NCBI RefSeq assembly: GCF_009914755.1
Contig: NC_060938.1
DNA: 64,000 nucleotides
From: the human T2T-CHM13v2.0 reference genome, Homo sapiens
Reading direction: 5' to 3' (one strand)
Shown here: one piece after another, positions 60,130 to 64,000 of the stretch
How positions within the stretch are numbered: position 1 is the first letter of the stretch
Layout: every line of letters starts with the position of its first letter
Translations under genes and position numbers: made by a program
Notes under the pieces: model-generated
The model's database searches: none
What the model saw: only the letters and a program-made list of their open reading frames with translations
What the model was told of the DNA's origin: nothing

Positions 60130-60530
60130 CACAGACACACACACACACACTTAGGAGATGGAAGGCTAAAAACTGTATTTCCTGGACACCCTTGTGATCG
60201 GGTTGCGGATGTGATGTAGGGTCTGCCAGTGAGAAGCACATACAACAGCTGGATGGCAGGGGCCATGCTTTGCACCAGCGTAGGAGGCAAGCCCCTGCAG
60301 ACCTCAGTGCTGGGTCGGCACCAGCGCGATTCTATGTGCCACTGCCTATTCACCAGCCTCTGGCAGTGCGACAGTTGTGATGCCAGCACTCAGAGTACTC
60401 ACGGCAGGAGCAGTTTCCTAGTTTGGGGTAGCTGCCCAGTTAGGGGAGGGAGGCCCTAACCTCACTGCTCTCGCCCCTCCACAAAGCCATAAATGCCTAA
60501 TTCTCTGTTGGCTTGAATGACCTACAGTGT
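60130..60530 (+). mobile_element. LTR33-like ERVL LTR remnant
   Basis: GGAAGGCTAAAAACTGTATTTCCTGGACACCCTTG..GGTTGCGGATGTGA resembles LTR33. Confidence 0.6.
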
Positions 60531-61159
60531 TTTTGGTAACTCTACCAATAATGTGACGATTTCAACAACGTGGTCATTATAATTATTGTTGAGAAATAGA
60601 TGTTTAATAACTTATTAGATGTATTTTACAGAGTCACTGAATAAAATTTAAATTCTTTGTCCAAGTCACATAACAATGCAGTGACAAAGCCAAAACTGAG
60701 ACTAGTATTATTCCAAACTAACACTATTAGTGGTAGTGTTACTACTAATTCCATTAAGAATTCTCAATGTCAGTTCTAATTTAATAACTTTTACTTATTT
60801 TAGAGTCTGGGGCACCAATCTCGATATAACAAAAGACAAAATTTCTCTCAAACATGAGCATTTGAGGCAAACAATCACTGCTTTGATGTTAGGATAAAAA
60901 GCTTGGAAAACATGCTTAGAACTGTCTCAGTGTCTTCTCAAGGTCAGGATGATTTAAAGTTCGACCCTTGACCTATGCATCCAGTGCAGGGAAAAAAAAC
61001 TGGGACAAGTAAACCAACTCTAGCAGTCTTTAAGGAACAAATTTATTTCAGCTTTACTTTTATTCAAAACTTGCTAAGTAAAGGAAAACGTGGGAGAAAA
61101 ATTTAAATCTACAAAACTATAAAGTATTTAGACCTTCACAGATTACTTTTAAATGCCAT

Positions 61160-62810
<1,651 letters not shown>

Positions 62811-62821
62811 AAATGAAGGAA

Positions 62822-64000
<1,179 letters not shown>

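Overview
Human/primate genomic DNA, about half interspersed repeat (roughly 60 Alu copies plus L1, L2, MIR, MaLR/ERV LTRs and DNA-transposon relics). The only protein-coding content I can support is seven internal minus-strand exons of SPTLC2 (serine palmitoyltransferase long-chain base subunit 2). These are exons 3-9, 976 nt, all GT-AG, and they splice in frame from DFVSLYQ... to ...GQDGTSL, including the PLP-binding lysine motif GTFTKSFG. Exons 1-2 lie beyond the right edge and exons 10 onward beyond the left edge. Nearly all other ORFs in the track are Alu or low-complexity noise. A full-length 7SL retropseudogene lies in intron 9. I see no evidence of a new multi-gene system. The most unusual structures are: (1) a ~160-bp micro-inversion that flips the 5' half of an Alu together with its target-site duplication (TSD); (2) a Tigger1-transposase/L1 chimera retro-inserted as one unit between a single pair of TSDs; (3) an intact MER85 piggyBac MITE with its PGBD3-binding palindrome and a non-canonical ATAA TSD; (4) several minimal retrotransposition scars; and (5) motif-dense, CpG-retaining intronic segments that look like enhancers, plus a CTCF site. 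Repeat subfamily calls are from memory of consensus sequences and most repeat boundaries are approximate.
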